A stretch of DNA of 64,000 nucleotides from Candidatus Eiseniibacteriota bacterium (GTDB lineage: Bacteria > Eisenbacteria > RBG-16-71-46 > JABDJR01). Below are positions 62,803 through 64,000 of this stretch, in pieces. The notes beneath the pieces are model-generated. The model ran no database searches. It was not told the DNA's origin and saw nothing but the letters and a program-made list of their open reading frames with translations. The position numbers and the translations under genes are program-made. Within the stretch, counting starts at the first letter, position 1. Every line of letters begins with the position of its first letter. The stretch is from NCBI GenBank assembly GCA_963762255.1, contig CAVXKA010000003.1, positions 480,001-544,000 of the forward strand, written 5' to 3'.

Positions 62803-63485
62803 CGCACCCTCGGCCGTGCGTCAGCGCCGCGAGCATAGCGCGGCGCCGGGGGTTCGGCCTCCCCCCGGGCCCACGCTGCCAACCCCAGTCGGGCCGCGGC
62901 CACGGCGCGCTGTGCCCCCGTGGGCACCCAGCGCGCAAGCGGGGCCTCGGGCCACAGGAGCGCCGCGCCGTCGCCGGCCAGCGTCGCCCCCTCGGGAGCA
63001 TCACCCGCCCGATCCGTCGCGGTGAGCCGATCCCCATCCAGTCGAACCGGTCCATCGCTCGCGATCCGGAATCCCGCAAGGACGACTTCGCTCCGCCGCA
63101 CGTCCGCGGCGCAAACGATGTAACTTCCTACGGCGGGAGAGGTTGCATCGTAACAGGCTCGGGCGGCGATGTCGAGACAGCCGACACCGGCGGCGGGGGT
63201 GCCGGTCGCGGAATGGATGCCGAGGGCGGCGGCGAGCCCGATCCGGATGCCGGTGAAGGACCCGGGGCCCACGTTCACCGCGATGAGGTCCAGATCCCCC
63301 CACCCGATCCCGGCCTCGGCCATCAGCGCGAGAGCCTCGGGCACGAGCGCCTCGGCGTGGCGCCCGCGCTCGCCGAGTTCGCGCGCCAGAGCGGGACCGG
63401 AGGGGATGAGAAGGGCCACTCCACCCTCGGCGCCCACGGTGTCGAGGCCCAGAACGACAACCTTGGTGGGATCGACGGGCTTCAT
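62799..63485 (-). CDS. tsaB: tRNA t6A biosynthesis protein TsaB
   Basis: LGLDT, HAEAL, GPGSFTGIRIG, DVRRSEV, P.YAR. Confidence 0.92.
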   Translation of the reverse strand: MKPVDPTKVVVLGLDTVGAEGGVALLIPSGPALARELGERGRHAEALVPEALALMAEAGIGWGDLDLIAVNVGPGSFTGIRIGLAAALGIHSATGTPAAGVGCLDIAARACYDATSPAVGSYIVCAADVRRSEVVLAGFRIASDGPVRLDGDRLTATDRAGDAPEGATLAGDGAALLWPEAPLARWVPTGAQRAVAAARLGLAAWARGEAEPPAPRYARGADARPRVR

Positions 63486-63991
63486 GACGACCCCTCGACG
63501 AGCGCGCCGGTCGCTTCGGCCAGCCGGGCCACCGTCGCGCGCGGACCGCGCACCTCGATCGTGCGCGCTTCGGGGCCCGCATCGCTAAGCGTGACGCGCA
63601 CCGCGCCCGCGGGGGCCAGCGCGCCAAGGCGCTCCCCCCATTCCACCACCGTCACCGCTTCGCAACCGAAGAGGTCGTCCAACCCCAATTCCTCCACGTC
63701 GCGCACGTCGGCGAGGCGATAGAGATCCACGTGGTGGAGCGTATACCGGCCCGGGTAGGAGAGCAGGATGGCGAAGGTGGGGCTCTTCACGCCGAAGGCC
63801 ACGCCGAGTCCTCGCGCCAGCCCCCGCACCAGCGTGGTCTTCCCCGCGCCCAGATCGCCGGTCAGGAGCAGCGCCTCGCCGCCCAGCATCGCGCGTCCCC
63901 ACGCCTCACCGATCGCCTCGGTGCGGGCGGGACTCTCGGCGGCCAGCGCGAACAGCGCCTCCTCCTCTAGCGGGGCTTCAGGATCGCGCAC
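63482..63991 (-). CDS. tsaE: tRNA t6A biosynthesis ATPase TsaE
   Basis: [29 protein letters not shown]; exact start uncertain. Confidence 0.93.
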   Translation of the reverse strand: MRDPEAPLEEEALFALAAESPARTEAIGEAWGRAMLGGEALLLTGDLGAGKTTLVRGLARGLGVAFGVKSPTFAILLSYPGRYTLHHVDLYRLADVRDVEELGLDDLFGCEAVTVVEWGERLGALAPAGAVRVTLSDAGPEARTIEVRGPRATVARLAEATGALVEGSS

Positions 63992-64000
63992 GGGAGGATC
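63967..64000 (-). CDS. Possible 3' end of an upstream gene (PorX/PglZ-domain response regulator-like)
   Basis: One minus-strand frame reads [10 protein letters not shown]-stop, like the (EEM)I.P...L.P C-terminus of PorX, which precedes tsaE in Bacteroidota. Only 10 codons are visible. Confidence 0.35.
   Translation of the reverse strand, partial: ILPCAILKPR

Noticed and set aside
1-64000. CRISPR arrays, tRNA/rRNA, transposases, integrases, prophage or defence genes
   Set aside because: No regularly spaced repeats, RNA-gene signatures or such protein motifs were seen; nearly all the sequence is explained by the listed CDSs.

Overview
High-GC, diderm bacterial window. T9SS-like C-terminal domains, a PorV-like protein, a C-terminal TWGxIK motif and a possible porX-tsaE junction suggest an FCB-associated lineage such as Ca. 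Eisenbacteria (inference). Left to right: partial ppx and divergent comM; an operon of TolC, two orphan PhnD-like binding proteins, a hybrid histidine kinase and a response regulator; a secreted protein ending in TTWGKIKSQY; a ~25 kb LacI-controlled putative beta-1,2-glucan utilisation locus (two GH144, GH94, GH1, a discoidin-(alpha/alpha)6 enzyme, ABC importer) whose outer-membrane module is a TonB-dependent receptor, a large CTD-bearing protein and a PorV paralogue with no SusD; a PstS-like/TPR/ExbB/ExbD/ExbD/TonB operon; a membrane and peptidase cluster with an ANKH-like protein and MgtE; cystathionine beta-synthase and gamma-lyase; a hidden selenoprotein (CGU motif, degenerate UshA-like domain fused to a tetraheme cytochrome) that the ORF track splits at an in-frame UGA; and a housekeeping run (lptD, ROK kinase, MalK-like ATPase, accD, rimI, tsaB, tsaE). 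Many genes between 3 and 34 kb carry small frameshifts, most likely assembly indels. No rRNA, tRNA, CRISPR array or mobile element was recognised. Family calls come from motif recognition, not database searches.
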